DNA from: Octopus vulgaris
Lineage: Eukaryota
Length of the DNA: 64,000 nucleotides
Assembly: GCA_951406725.2 (NCBI GenBank)
Contig: OX597815.1
Coordinates: 214,024,001-214,088,000, forward strand
Reading direction: 5' to 3'
Shown: positions 51,694 through 64,000 of the stretch, piece after piece
Position numbering within the stretch: position 1 is the first letter of the stretch
Layout: each line of letters opens with the position of its first letter
The notes under the pieces: generated by a model
What the model was told of the DNA's origin: nothing
Databases searched by the model: none
The model's input: only the letters and a program-made list of their open reading frames with translations
Position numbers and translations under genes: made by a program

Positions 51694-52249
51694 GTTTTAA
51701 GTATACCGTAAATGGTCTTTTTACATACTGAACACTACTTGGTAAAATTATTAATTAATAATTAATTAATTTTACCCTTTTATTATTGACTATATATATA
51801 TCCAAGATGGCGCCGAACTAACAAGTCAATATTTTCATGAGTTGAATACAGTTGGCCATTTTCAAAACATACAATGTCACCGATTTCTAAACAAACTCGC
51901 AAAGTAAAAATACATGTATAGCCTAGCTACTGATATCATGTGATCATGTCCATTCTTTGAAGTACAGAGACTGTAAAATGCAGAATTCTAATATATACTA
52001 TGTCAAGTAGTAACATCACTAACTGAAGGCAATTAGTGATACTGTTACTGGAATAGTGAAACAATATCCAAATGTGAAGAAAGTATCATAAACCCAAACA
52101 CTGCAGAAAATTTTGCAAAATATAGGCTAATCATAAAAACAAAATTCCTACATTAAGAAAAATATTTGATTTTCACAAATACTATCAGTGTAATTTGAAA
52201 CTTATTTTGTCTAAATGCAATTACTTATTCTAATGTGACTAAAATGTAA

Positions 52250-52440
52250 GGCGGTGAACTGGCAGAATGCTTAGTGGTATTTTGTTCTGTCTTTACGTTC
52301 TGAGTTCAAATTCCGCCGAGGTTGACTTCGCCTTCCATCCTTTCGAGGTCGATAAAATGAGTACCAGTTGAGCACTACAGTCGATGTAATCGATTTAACC
52401 CCCTCTGAAATTGTTGGCCTTGCACCAAAAAATTTGAAAT
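52250..52440 (+). mobile_element. SINE A
   Basis: Core match. Confidence 0.8.
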
Positions 52441-52661
52441 GAATATTACTGAAATGTACTAATAGTAAGAAATGTTACTATTTGTACAATAATAAAATGT
52501 ATAATTAATATTTTCACATCTACCAAATTATCTGAAAATAATGACGGTAACACTTATACAAATTTTCAGTGATATACAGGACTTAGTGTCCTTTAAAGCA
52601 CTTACAAATGTATCATGTTTATTTCCGATAAAAATGTCAACCAATATTTAAGATCAAATTT

Positions 52662-52875
52662 AGGCACCGAGCTGCCAGAATGGTTAGCACGCCGGGCAAA
52701 ATGCATAGCAGTATTTCGACCGGCTTTACATTTTGAGTTCAAATTCCGCCGAGCTCGACTTTGCCATTTATCCTTTCAAGTTCTATAAAATTGAAATAAG
52801 TACTAATTGGGTATGATGTAATCGACTTACCTTTTCCCCGAACTTGCTGGTGTAGATTCAAAATTCGAAACCAAT
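52662..52875 (+). mobile_element. SINE A
   Basis: Head and core match. Confidence 0.8.
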
Positions 52876-53324
52876 ATTTAATATCACGTGCTGCATAAGA
52901 AAAGTTGTATCACTCAGTCATCCGTTTTTATACAAAGAGTAAACCTTTTATTCCTTACTGGGATCTTCAAACATTACCATAAAGCTCCTAATTGTGGTAA
53001 GATTTAATGAAATCTCAAACGGCCTGAGATGAGTTGGTGTTATTAATAATATAACTTTCAGGACAATTGATCCCATCTTTAAGGATAAAACAATTTTTTC
53101 GTCTCCGATCTCCATTAAATTTGTTATTCCAGATTTGGTTCTGTGCACTAGATCACTGACACACTTACACGTGTCAGTGAATTAATGAATAAGCTCATTA
53201 TTGCTCTTAATTTAAAAATAGTTCCTACTTTTAATGCAGCTTATCGATACCGTTTTATCTAAGAGTTAGACACTATATTATAATCTGAGAACAAGCCGAT
53301 TGAAACAAAGTGTAGCTATGAATA

Positions 53325-53533
53325 TTGGTTTCAAATTTTGGCACAAAGCCAGTAATTTTGAGGGAGAGATTAAGTCGATTACATCGACCCCAGTACTCGA
53401 CTGGTACATACGTTATCGATTCCGAAAGGATGAAAAACAAAGTCGACCTCAGCGGATTTTGAACTCAAAACGTAAAGATGAACGAAATGCTACTAAGCAT
53501 TTTGTCCGGCGTGTTAACGACTCTGCCAGCTCA
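53325..53533 (-). mobile_element. SINE A
   Basis: Reverse match. Confidence 0.8.
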
Positions 53534-55630
53534 CATGGAGATATTCAGAAAATAAAATAATATTAGACATTAGTCAATGAATTATATTGACTTTTCCGCA
53601 TGCTTATTTCTAATTAGTCTATTAATGCTGTCTCCATTAAAAATGATAACATGAACTTAACACTTCTTTATTATAGATTTCTTTTGTCTCCGAAACTGAA
53701 GTCATAGAAATACAATAAATTCGAAACAGAGAAATAATAAACTTTCTGAGAAATAATCAATTGTTGCTGTGTTTATTTTAATGTAATTACAGAAAAATGT
53801 CTTTATTAATTGCCGTTCTTACAATGTAGAAACTCATAGCGTCTTAAAACCAGTTTCTCTGAGCCAAATATGAAACATTTCCAGATGTACTTGCTCAGTA
53901 CAACGCTAATCTTAATGAAAACAGGCTTTTATATTCTCTTCTTGCTGTTTCATCTCCTTTAACTCATTCAGTACAACTAACCCGGGTTGCTTTTTGCTTT
54001 TTGAAGAATATATTTGTATGAAAAAGAAAAAGCTGCTTCATATTCAAGCTTTATATCTATATCGTTTAAAAAGTTTACACTTACCCTCTTATTAAAATAG
54101 ATTTTAATTGAAGCGGGCAACCTTCCCAATCTTACTTGCCAATTAAATATAATAAAACCATTCACTGAAACATTTAATAATCATTTAATCCGATTATTTT
54201 CTTAGTGGAGTTGCTTTGGTGTTGTTTCTTTCGACTGTTTTGTTGCTAAGATTTTGCCAAGTCTTATTGACTGTCTTTAAACACACTTTTTGGCTTTAGA
54301 ACTTCATATTTTATTTTAATTATTTTCTTTTTTACATATAATGTTGGTCAAGATCAGATTATAAACTGGTGCATATGCGAATAGTAATGTGCGTAGCTGC
54401 ATGCAAGCACAAACAAAAGCACACTCATATCTGCATTTATATAAATTTTATGAACGTTCATTAACATTTTGTTTGTTTCACTAAAGACACTTCAACAAAG
54501 AAAGAAAAATCTGGTAGTAAGTACAGCGTTTTAGAATTAAGTATTTTGTGAATGGAGAAGAGATGTAGGCGAATCAGCCATGACTTTGGTTACCTTCTCA
54601 AGCAGCTAATATTTACGCGGTTGATATTCATTTTGAATTATCGCATTTTGACACCTATAAACTGGGCTATAAGAAACCGGTTGCACAAAGCGTGTAATGT
54701 TGTGTTTGGGGGTAAGATACATTAGAGGTAATGAGAGAAGGAAGAGCTAGCCAGTATATCGATTAGTTCAAGACATACATGACATATAACCACCGTGTTC
54801 AGAGCAAAAGATATTTAAAAAGCAGAATAATTATTATCCCGGTTGCAGCGCTTCTTTCTGAAATCGAAATGGCGCATGGGAAAAAGGGTGAGAAAAAACC
54901 CTGTCAAAAGATATTTACTTCTTTATACTTCCGTTTCAATCTTGTCACCGTTAAATAATGAACACTTTAACCCTTTTAACTTATTAAAATGAGTCAACTT
55001 ATTTGCACGGCTTTGAGGGGAGTAAACTGTTCAATATGTACCGCCGTACTTCCTATTTTTTAAGGCAGCAGTTTTCGATTTGAGGTAGATTTAGCTGCTA
55101 CTTTTTGTTGTGTAGAATTCACTCCTTGGCCAATATTGTTAATGGCTGCGTTCGGTTATAAACGTATCCTAGCAGATTGGAATACAGCAATTTTCAAGAT
55201 ACAAAGAATTACATTTTAACTTCAGTGACGTCACAGTCTTTGGTATTCTATTTTCTTACGGGATGTATTCAAGCAAATAAATGTGCATGTGTATACACAC
55301 ACACACACCCATCTTATACATTCATAAAAAATATATGCAATGTTAAACACACATGATTTTATTATTAGACATAAATCTAACAGTTGTGCTGCCGGGAGAA
55401 ATGTAAGCTTTTCCTAAGGGTATTACACGAGTTAGCGAATTCATTTCAACAGGAAATCTAAATGTTGTCGGGAATTCTATACAAATCGTACAAACATGTA
55501 TGTAGATATGAACAGTTGCATACATACCTGCTTATATATATATATATGTTTACATATATGTATATATACACGCATTCATTCACACACGCGGGCGCTCACA
55601 CACATACACGCACATACGTAGCACACACGT

Positions 55631-55666
<36 letters not shown>

Positions 55667-55796
55667 GTAATGTAGTAATGTAACATATTTGCAAATATTG
55701 AGATGTAAAATAATATTACTTAGGCGTTAGAATACATTTTGGAACATTTTCGATCAAATTCTCGTGACTAAATGAAAAGACAGAATTTTATACATA

Positions 55797-55827
<31 letters not shown>

Positions 55828-55880
55828 CTAAGTATCTATCTATCTATCTATATATATATATATATATATATGTACATACA

Positions 55881-55911
<31 letters not shown>

Positions 55912-55968
55912 CTAAGTATCTATCTATCTATATATATATATATATATGTACATACATATATACATACA

Positions 55969-56004
<36 letters not shown>

Positions 56005-56682
56005 TATATACGGACAATTACACAGACGTGTATGTGCATGCGTTTGTGTGTGTAGCACTTCTGAAATTTCGTCACTATAATTCTTTGCTTTGTATTACTC
56101 AGATGTTTGAAGTTTCAGCTACGTTTTGTACTCCGTGAGGCACATTTGAACTATGTGGTGGGTTATTCTAAAAAATATTTCGTTCTTGTTTGCCAGTTTA
56201 TGAATATTGTGTGTGTAATATGTTCTACGAACTCTAAAGTGATTGCTTTTCAGTGTGACTTCGAAACAAAGAGCACCGTTGTTTAAAAAAGGGCTTGTTA
56301 AACAATAAAGTATATATGCACAAATTCAGGATATTAACTAATAATATCGGGTGATAGTTGCAATGCATGATAATATACAAAACAGAAGCAGTTGCAACTT
56401 CCCGTTACGTTACACACACATAAATATACGTACATAGATATAGATGTGATGATGGTCACTCACATCGATTCCAACGTATGAGTGTTTGAAAGAGAGCATT
56501 CAAGTGGGGAAAAGAGAAAACAGCCTTTAAAAAGGAAACAAAAGAAGCTGCATCTATTTGTGATGGATGCGTGAATGTATTTTGAGTCGAGGTATCGATT
56601 TTCCTATGGAATCACAATGGGGACACAGATAATTTTGATTTTTCCTGGGACTAGGTAAATGTGTCTGTTTATTGCAGGCACC

Positions 56683-56732
56683 GTCTCTGATGAAGGTATA
56701 TATGAAATATATCCAGGAAACAGCTGTAAGAC
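56683..56732 (+). ncRNA. Type-I hammerhead ribozyme motif
   Basis: GUCU-CUGAUGA-a-GG(u)AUAUAU gaa AUAUAUCC-ag-GAAAC-AGCU-GUA^AGAC. Perfect stem I, intact core, palindromic ACAGCUGU stem III, GUA cleavage triplet. Confidence 0.75.
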
Positions 56733-56979
56733 TTCTTTATAAATGTTCTGCAAACTATTCTCAGCCTTGGGTTTTTTTAATCTTATTCTATTAATTATAT
56801 ATATATGTGTGTGTGCGCGCGCGCGTGTGTGTATAGATATAAATATGAATGCATGTATATATTATGTATGTATATATATATATGTATATATATACACATA
56901 TATATATGCGTATCTCTCTCCCCTTTTCTCTCCCTCTCCCTCTCTCTCTTTATATCTATATCTATCAATCTCCGCCCCC

Positions 56980-57045
<66 letters not shown>

Positions 57046-57986
57046 CAAAAGACAGGGTATTTCCACGCAGGAAAATGATAGCCAAATTTGTGGTTGAAAA
57101 TGCACCTATGTTTGAAAAATTTGTAATTATTTGAAATAAATTTATTTACATATATACCAAACTAGTTTCAACAATATTTTTTGTTTATCATTGGTAAATA
57201 TTTTAAATTATGCATTAGAAAAACGTCTTTAAAAGTTTCAAAATTGACAAGTTAGAATGTTCATCAGGGACAAATTTAGAATTATGAATTCGGAAAACAT
57301 GCTCAGAAATTTCGATGTTGACAAGGTCATAACAGGTCATAACAGTCAATAATATTAAACCTGTGCATCAATTTGTTTGAAGGTACAAAGCACATTAGTG
57401 TTAGACAAGAAATGAATATCATCAAATTTCAGTCATACTGAGTTAAGAGGGGAGGGGAACAAGGGAGAAATAAAGGTAGTAAAAAAAAAAGGGACTTCGT
57501 TTACAGTTTCTCTGATCCTCTTTCCGTCGCGTGTAGGAGCTCTCCATTGTTGCGGTGTGTTTTGCAATATCGTGTATTTATGATTTTCTTTTCCGCGAGC
57601 GGATCCGATTTTGGATTCATTAAAGTGCTGGTGACCTCTTGTTTTTCCGGTGGTCAAGTTTGTCGTTCTGCCCGGTTGGCTTCCCTGTGGGGAACGGTAA
57701 TCAGTCGTTCCGGTTGGTTGATTCTCTTAAAGGATCATTTTGTTGTATTTCCTCAAGTTCGATTTTGATTGATCTAGAGTTAGGTGACGTCAGCAACTGG
57801 TGTTTGTAAAATTTCATTAGTCTGGAGATAGTTGACATCAGCAACTGTTACTTATATGGGGATTTGGAGTTGCGGTTTCGAAATCCGGGTGGAAGACTGT
57901 TACTAAAGTTTTAAAAAATTATCTGTTGTTCCTGGTTGTTGTTTTTTGTGGAGAAATTGAGTCTTTTTACCTTTTTCTCTTTCTTT

Positions 57987-58215
57987 CTAAAGGATATTCA
58001 GCTGTGGTTTATATTTTTTAATGATTATGCTTTCCTTATTTAAACGGAATTCACTGAAGTGTTTCCCGTGCATTGATAGAGGAAAGATTTGGCATTTTGG
58101 GTCTATGTTTACGGGACATTGGTCTAGGTGTTTGCTTACGGAAATTTTGTTAGTTGTGGGGTCCCAGATGTGTTTCTTGTGCACCGTTAGTCTGTCCCTC
58201 AAGAGACAACCGCAA
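57987..58215 (-). pseudogene. GIY-YIG endonuclease C-terminal fragment (Penelope-like)
   Basis: G.LLRDRLTVHKKHIWDP...VSKHLDQC...IFP...RLNKESIIIKKYKPQLN: the L..R...H, H and R..E..I....P.LN pattern of PLE GIY-YIG domains. Confidence 0.72.
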
Positions 58216-58341
58216 TCCCTAAAAAAGTTACTCTTCCACCGGGTTTCGAAATCGCAACTCCAAATCACCATACAAACACCAGTTGCCGACGTCACTTATC
58301 TCTAGACCAAGGAAAACATTATTGAAACTAGTTTGGTGTAT

Positions 58342-58601
58342 TAATAATTTTTTCAATGCGCCCTTTTAAAGCCTAGCCAGGCTCATGGGCCCGATTTCCC
58401 GGTTTCAATGGCGTATGTGTTCCTCAGCTGGATGGGATGCCAGTCCATCGCAGTGTAACTCATTTTTGCCAGCTGAGTGGACTGGAGCAACGTGAAATAA
58501 AGTGTTTTGCTCGAGAACACAATGTGTAGCCCGGTCCAGGAATCGAAACCACAGTCTTACGATCATGATGCTGACACCCTAATCACTAAGCTATCGCCTC
58601 C
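58342..58601 (-). mobile_element. SINE family D inserted into the PLE inverted repeat, 15-bp TSD
   Basis: TSD actagtttggt(g/a)tat at 58327-58341 and 58602-58616. Confidence 0.9.
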
Positions 58602-58683
58602 ACTAGTTTGGTATATATGTAAATAAATTTATTTTAAACAGTTACAAGTTTTTCAAATTTAGGTGCATTTCAACAACAAATCT

Positions 58684-58735
<52 letters not shown>

Positions 58736-58743
<8 letters not shown>

Positions 58744-58996
58744 GGGAAATAACCTCTGTTAAGTAATTCAATAGTGAAAGACTTCGTCTATATCATATAA
58801 AAAAATTTAAATATACTATAATAAATGTTATTAAAAAAATCACTAAATTAAATAAACATTAAGTTAAATAAACATTTATTTAATTTAGTAATTTTTGAAT
58901 AATATTTATTATAGTATATTTAAATTTTTCTATATGATATACATAAAGTCTTTCTATATTGAATTAATTGAGAGAGGTTATTTCTCTTAATTATAT
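58736..58996. repeat. AT-rich foldback with arms of about 120 bp
   Basis: taagggaaataacctct...aaatttaaatatactataataaat pairs with atttattatagtatatttaaattt...agaggttatttctctta. Confidence 0.85.
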
Positions 58997-59101
58997 ACAT
59001 ATAATATATATTGTGAAATTTGATTTGGAATTACGAAATTGAATTTTCCCCTGTAAGTTTGGAATTACCTTCCCTACTTTTATTCTTAATAATAATATTA
59101 C

Positions 59102-59152
<51 letters not shown>

Positions 59153-59235
59153 TAACGCCTGCTCTTATGTCAAGTTATAATAAAAACACTTTTACCTTAA
59201 ACACACACACACACATATATATGTGTATGTATATA

Positions 59236-59580
59236 TTCTTTTATTCTTTTATTTGTTTAAGTCATTTGATTGCGGCCATGCTAGAGCACCACCTGTAGTC
59301 GAACAAATTGACCCGAGGACTTATTCTTTGTAAGCCTAGTACTTATTCTATCGGTCTCTTTTACTGAACTGCTAGGTTACAGTTACATAAACACACCAGC
59401 ATCATTTGTCAGGTGATGGTGTGGGGACAAACACACACACACACACACACATATACGCCGGGATTCTTTCACTTTCCGCCTACCAAATCTGCTCACAAGG
59501 CTTTGGTTGGCCCGAAGCTATAGTAGAAAACACTTGCCCAAGATGCCGCGCAGTGGGACTGAACCCGGAACCATATGGTC
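59236..59580 (-). mobile_element. SINE family B (5' end clipped)
   Basis: Match to other B copies. Followed by a family C-type 3' fragment at about 59640-59765. Confidence 0.85.
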
Positions 59581-59787
59581 TTCAACAAGACGCTTTATCT
59601 CTCGTTGCTCTCGTCCACTCAACTGATAACAAAAATCGGTTGTACTTGTAATTCATAGTCTCGCTGAGAACTATGTTAAAGGTAAACGTGGCAGTGGAGT
59701 GCTGAGCCACTTGCAGTCTAATTTTACGAGCAGGGTGTTCCGTTGATCTGACCAAATGGAACAGCTGTACACACACACATATATATA

Positions 59788-60060
59788 GGGAGAATTCACA
59801 AAAAAACAAAAAAACAAAAGACGAAGACAGGTGGTGTAGTCAACAAACAGATGTATTATTTTAACGCTCGGGAAGTGGAAAAGTCTTTAACGTTTGGAGC
59901 CTACGCTCTTCAACAGAAAAGAACACAGAAAGAAACAAGGAGAGAAAATAAAGAATGTGTAGTGGCTAGCGATCTATCATGGCGAATGCCAAACAGTAGG
60001 GTCATACAGGAGAGCTAGGAAGAAGGGGAGATAATAAAGTAGTGGTGGTCCTAAAACGAA
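59788..60060 (-). mobile_element. Penelope-like terminal-repeat-type repeat (sister of 13790-13968) with a mutated hammerhead-like motif
   Basis: Minus strand reads ucuuuu-CUGUUGA-A-GAGC guag GCUC-CAAACGUU-aaaga. Confidence 0.55.
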
Positions 60061-60255
60061 GGTGCGCGTGCGGCTGTATAAGAGAGTATGTATCTGCGTG
60101 TGGAAGAGGGTTGGTGACCTTGATGTGTGCGTGTGTTTATGTGTAGGTGTGAAGATGTGGGGCTGGGAAGTGGTCAGTGCTAGTGTGTGCGTGGTGGTGT
60201 GATGTGATGTGATATGTTGTGTGGTATGGTGGTGTATGGTGTAGTGGTATGTGGT

Positions 60256-60316
<61 letters not shown>

Positions 60317-61159
60317 GTGTGTGTGTGTGTGTGTTTGTGTACATGCACATATATATGTTTGTATACAAATATGGCAGCAGCGCAATGACTGAAACAAGTA
60401 AAACATAATACATATAGGTATGTATTATCTCTTACTTGTCCCAGTGTACGTCCATGCTGGGGGCATTGTTTGAAGGGTTTAGTCAAACAAAGCTACCCTG
60501 AACTTTTTTTAAGTCTGGTACCTTATTTTATTTAATTTTACCGTACCGCTAAACTACGGGTTCATAATCAAACCAACTCCGGTTGTCAATCTGTGGTGGG
60601 GTTCAAACGTAAACTCAAATATACACATATTCATACATACATATACATATATGCATGCATGTATGTCTATATGTATATCAGAATGAAAACACTCGTACAC
60701 ACACCACACACATAATATATATGTGGAAGGTGCGTGCGCTTGTGTTTGAGCGTATATATATATATATATTATATATATGCTCAAGGAAATTTGGAAGAAA
60801 TGATCCGATAACTACATAAGATAATCAAACTGAAGAAAGGAAATTATAAACAATGGCTGCTATCTGCATTGACTCCGCTATATTACAATTTCCGCGTCGC
60901 CAATTCGTAAGCAGCACACTGTTGCAATATATCGCAGCCATTAGAGCCGTGAATAATATTTTATTACCTATCAGATACTTCCAGTTTACTGTGCATGCTT
61001 CTGCCTGTTTGCGTTGCTGAGAACAAACATTATTCTAGGCGATTAGGCAGCAAGACAAAGTGAAGCTGTGCAAAACTTTGATAGGAAAACATACACCTTA
61101 TCCAAGTATAGTGTGTATGTGCGTGCGTGTGTGTGTATGTGTGTCTGTTACTATGTGTT

Positions 61160-61208
<49 letters not shown>

Positions 61209-61665
61209 CTGCTTTTATGTTGCTGTGTAGTCATATAGAATTGTATATTACATTGCATATACACATATTGAAATATAACCACTCACAAATCTATATCAAA
61301 TGATGCACATTTCCGATGTAGGCTCCCCACATTCATCTATCTCTATATGTTATGTATATTTGTATATGTGTGGTTGTAGCAGTACACTCTGCTTATAGCG
61401 TCTCTTTCATTTGAATACAGGAACTGAATATTTATTGCTTTCGCTTCAGCATTTCATGCTCTGCCATTTTGGGGCGAGCAAAATGTTCTAGCGATAAACA
61501 CAGAGAAAAACTCAAATACTGAATTCGTAAGAGCATACACACATAAACACATGCATACATACTTTGGAGCCTTGTATCTTTGTTGTAAACCAGCTCCTTC
61601 CTAAAAGGAGGAATTTAATAATTAAAAACAAAGAACATATAAATATGTGTGTGTGGTCTTTTCTC

Positions 61666-61696
<31 letters not shown>

Positions 61697-61726
61697 CATA
61701 CATACATACATACATACATACATACA

Positions 61727-61773
<47 letters not shown>

Positions 61774-61778
<5 letters not shown>

Positions 61779-61936
61779 GTTGTATTTAGGAATGGTCATT
61801 TTGCCAGTTTAGCCAATAAAAACACACGCACTATATACTTGGTGTTACTTTGCTTCAGCGTTATTTATTTTTTACATTAATCTTAATCTTATTTTGGTTA
61901 AACTGGCAAAATAACCATTCCTAAATACAACAATAT
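61774..61936. repeat. Hairpin with arms of about 42 bp next to (TA)n
   Basis: atattgttgtatttaggaatggtcattttgccagtttagccaa / ttggttaaactggcaaaataaccattcctaaatacaacaatat. Confidence 0.9.
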
Positions 61937-62699
61937 CTGTTTCAACACACGATTTCACATCAAAAATCTTGCAAAACAAATATATAAACGTATATATATA
62001 TATGTATATATGTATATAGATCATGAAGGTGTTTTTTTTATGATTGAAGTGTGACTTGAATTGAACTGTTTTGCTAATTCTCGTGGTTTGCTTTCGATTT
62101 CCCTCAACTACGGTTTAGAAGCTCAATATTGACAGAAATTGATTGTCCAGATCGAGGGGATCGTGTGAAAGAAGCATTCCAGAGCGAAGCCAACATTGGC
62201 AGGATTGGAAACTTTCAGCTTCATTCCCAGAAGACGAAACCCATATTTCTGCTTCCATTCCTGAAGAACCTGTTTTGAATTTGCAGAGCAAGCAGTGTTT
62301 GATATGGATCTGATTAAAATTAATTTTAAATGGGTAAAATCGATATGAGTTCAACCACTATGGTATAAATTAAACTGCAAAGAAATAAATAAAAATGCCA
62401 TTAGAATGTAAAAACTTAGCTTATTTTACTGCGCGTTTTGCAAAAGTACCCTCAAAGTGATCATACCAAAAATGCGTCAGGACTTTAGTTCCAACCTAAT
62501 ACATCCAAATCATAAGAAGCCAAAAGCTACATGAAGGGTACATCCCCGGGAAACAAAAAAAAAAGCCACTATATTACATGAGAGCTGCTTTCACAAATAA
62601 ACATGACATAAATGTATTTATAGTGTGAGAAAGTAAATCTGAACCTAGCATTACTTCAGCTTATGGCGAAAACTATCAATTCAATGTTCACTCTCATCT

Positions 62700-63114
62700 T
62701 ATTTCTTTATTGCCCACAAGGAGCTAAACATAGAGGGGACAAACAAGGACAGAAAAAGGGAATAAGTCGATTATATCGACCCCAGTGTGTAATTGGTACT
62801 AATTTAATCGACCCCGAAAGGATGAAAGGCAAAGTCGACCTCGGCGGAATTTGAACACAGAACGTAGCGGCAGACGAAATACCTATTTCTTTACTACCCA
62901 TAAGGGGCTAAACACAGAGGGGACAAATAAGGACAGACAAACGGATTAAGTCGATTACATCGACCCCAGTGCGTAACTGGTACTTAATTTATCGACCCCG
63001 AAAGGATGAAAGGTAAAGTCGACCTCGGCGGAATTTGAACTCAGAACGTAATGCCAGACGAAATACCGCTACGCATTTCGCCCAGCGTGCTAACGTTTCT
63101 GCCAGCTCGCCGCC
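62700..63114 (-). mobile_element. SINE A partial dimer
   Basis: Same internal junction as the 47351 copy (plus strand gacgaaatacctatttcttt at about 62873-62892). Confidence 0.9.
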
Positions 63115-63390
63115 TATGTTCCCTCTCATCTGACAAAATATCTTGCGTTGTCTATTTTCGACTCTACAAACTGAGTTGAAATCCTGCTTTGTTTGCATCA
63201 TTATAAGATAATGCAAATCAAGTATGGTGGATTGTGATTTAGTCGATGAGAACACTTTCTAGCAAAACGTATGGACTTTTGTTTATGTTCGAAATGATTT
63301 TACGTATTTTGCTTACATAAAGATTGATGGATGACAAAATCGATGAAGCAGCGAACAAAATTCTTAAAGGATTTTTGCTCTGTACATTTA

Positions 63391-63604
63391 CGAGGAGGTG
63401 ATGGAAAGTTTCTGGCTATGGGTAAAAGAAAACACAGGAGGATCAATTGATTTTATTCAACATATTCCTTTCTCAGATGCACACACTTATTGCAGCTCCC
63501 CTTCGGCTTTTCTAAGCCCTGTAATGGAACTTGGAAGGTTGGGTCTCCAGACAGGCCTTTCCTGACAAATTTAAAGTGAACTTTTCAGCACCACCCCCCC
63601 TTCG
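63391..63604 (-). mobile_element. mariner-derived MITE (third copy)
   Basis: ta-cgaggaggtgatggaaagtttctggct ... aacttttcagcacc...ttcg-ta. Confidence 0.8.
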
Positions 63605-63930
63605 TATATTATGAATTCAAAATTTGTCACGATCGATTTGCCTTTTCTTTCATCTGAAGTCGATGCAAGTAGAACCAATAATTCTTATGCTCTGCGTTTA
63701 TTCGATCCACTATACTTCTGCTCTTTATATTTGTCATTTTGTGAATCAGCTCTGGTTAAGGAAGCCTCTGGTGGAAGACTCTCCAGCCATGACTGATTCG
63801 TCTTTTTACATATCTTGGAGTAGGTATGTACATCCTTCTTTAGAGCTGATCTAGCTTGATTTGAGGGTATTTGATAGCTATTTCTAATAGTTGAAGCAAC
63901 TGCATAGAGGCAACTGCTACTACTTCCTTC

Positions 63931-63932
<2 letters not shown>

Positions 63933-63976
<44 letters not shown>
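63933..63976. repeat. (AGT)n microsatellite
   Basis: Seen directly. Confidence 0.95.
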
Positions 63977-64000
63977 AGAGCGGGAAGAGGGGGAAGAATA

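Larger units (their letters stand above)
57078..58688 (-). mobile_element. Penelope-like element remnant with an inverted terminal repeat (foldback) in (TA)n
   Basis: 57078-57185 is inverted at 58311-58341 plus 58602-58688. 57772-57903 is inverted at 58226-58306. The repeats enclose a GIY-YIG C-terminal fragment. Confidence 0.7.

Noticed and set aside
52948-53148. 66-aa ORF possibly from a CR1/L2 RT
   Set aside because: Resemblance is too faint to support a call without a profile search.
53147-53180. 10-bp perfect hairpin next to CTAG as a Helitron 3' end
   Set aside because: Spacing to CTAG is about 1 nt rather than about 10, and no second copy or 5' TC end was identified.

Overview
This is AT-rich, microsatellite-saturated eukaryotic DNA. 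The SINE families and repeat profile look like an octopus (cephalopod) genome; that is an inference from recognition, not a database result. I find no supportable host protein-coding exon: almost all listed ORFs are microsatellite or repeat read-throughs, so the window is probably intergenic or deep intronic. It contains: (1) a degenerate near-full-length R4/Dong-type RLE non-LTR retrotransposon (about 4645-8482) fused to the 3' third of a second, divergent R4/Dong element ending in (TAA)n; (2) RTE-type LINE 3' ends; (3) several Tc1/mariner relics and MITEs; (4) about 30 tRNA-derived SINE copies from about 5 families, labelled A-E here, including chimeric and self-nested ones; (5) Penelope-like remnants, including a GIY-YIG C-terminus inside a foldback; (6) long hairpins embedded in (TA)n. 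The most interesting unannotated signal is a set of type-I hammerhead ribozyme motifs with minimal palindromic stem III, carried by short microsatellite-flanked repeats. The best cases are 56683-56732 and 36672-36706. All motif calls were made by eye, and coordinates of degenerate elements are approximate.
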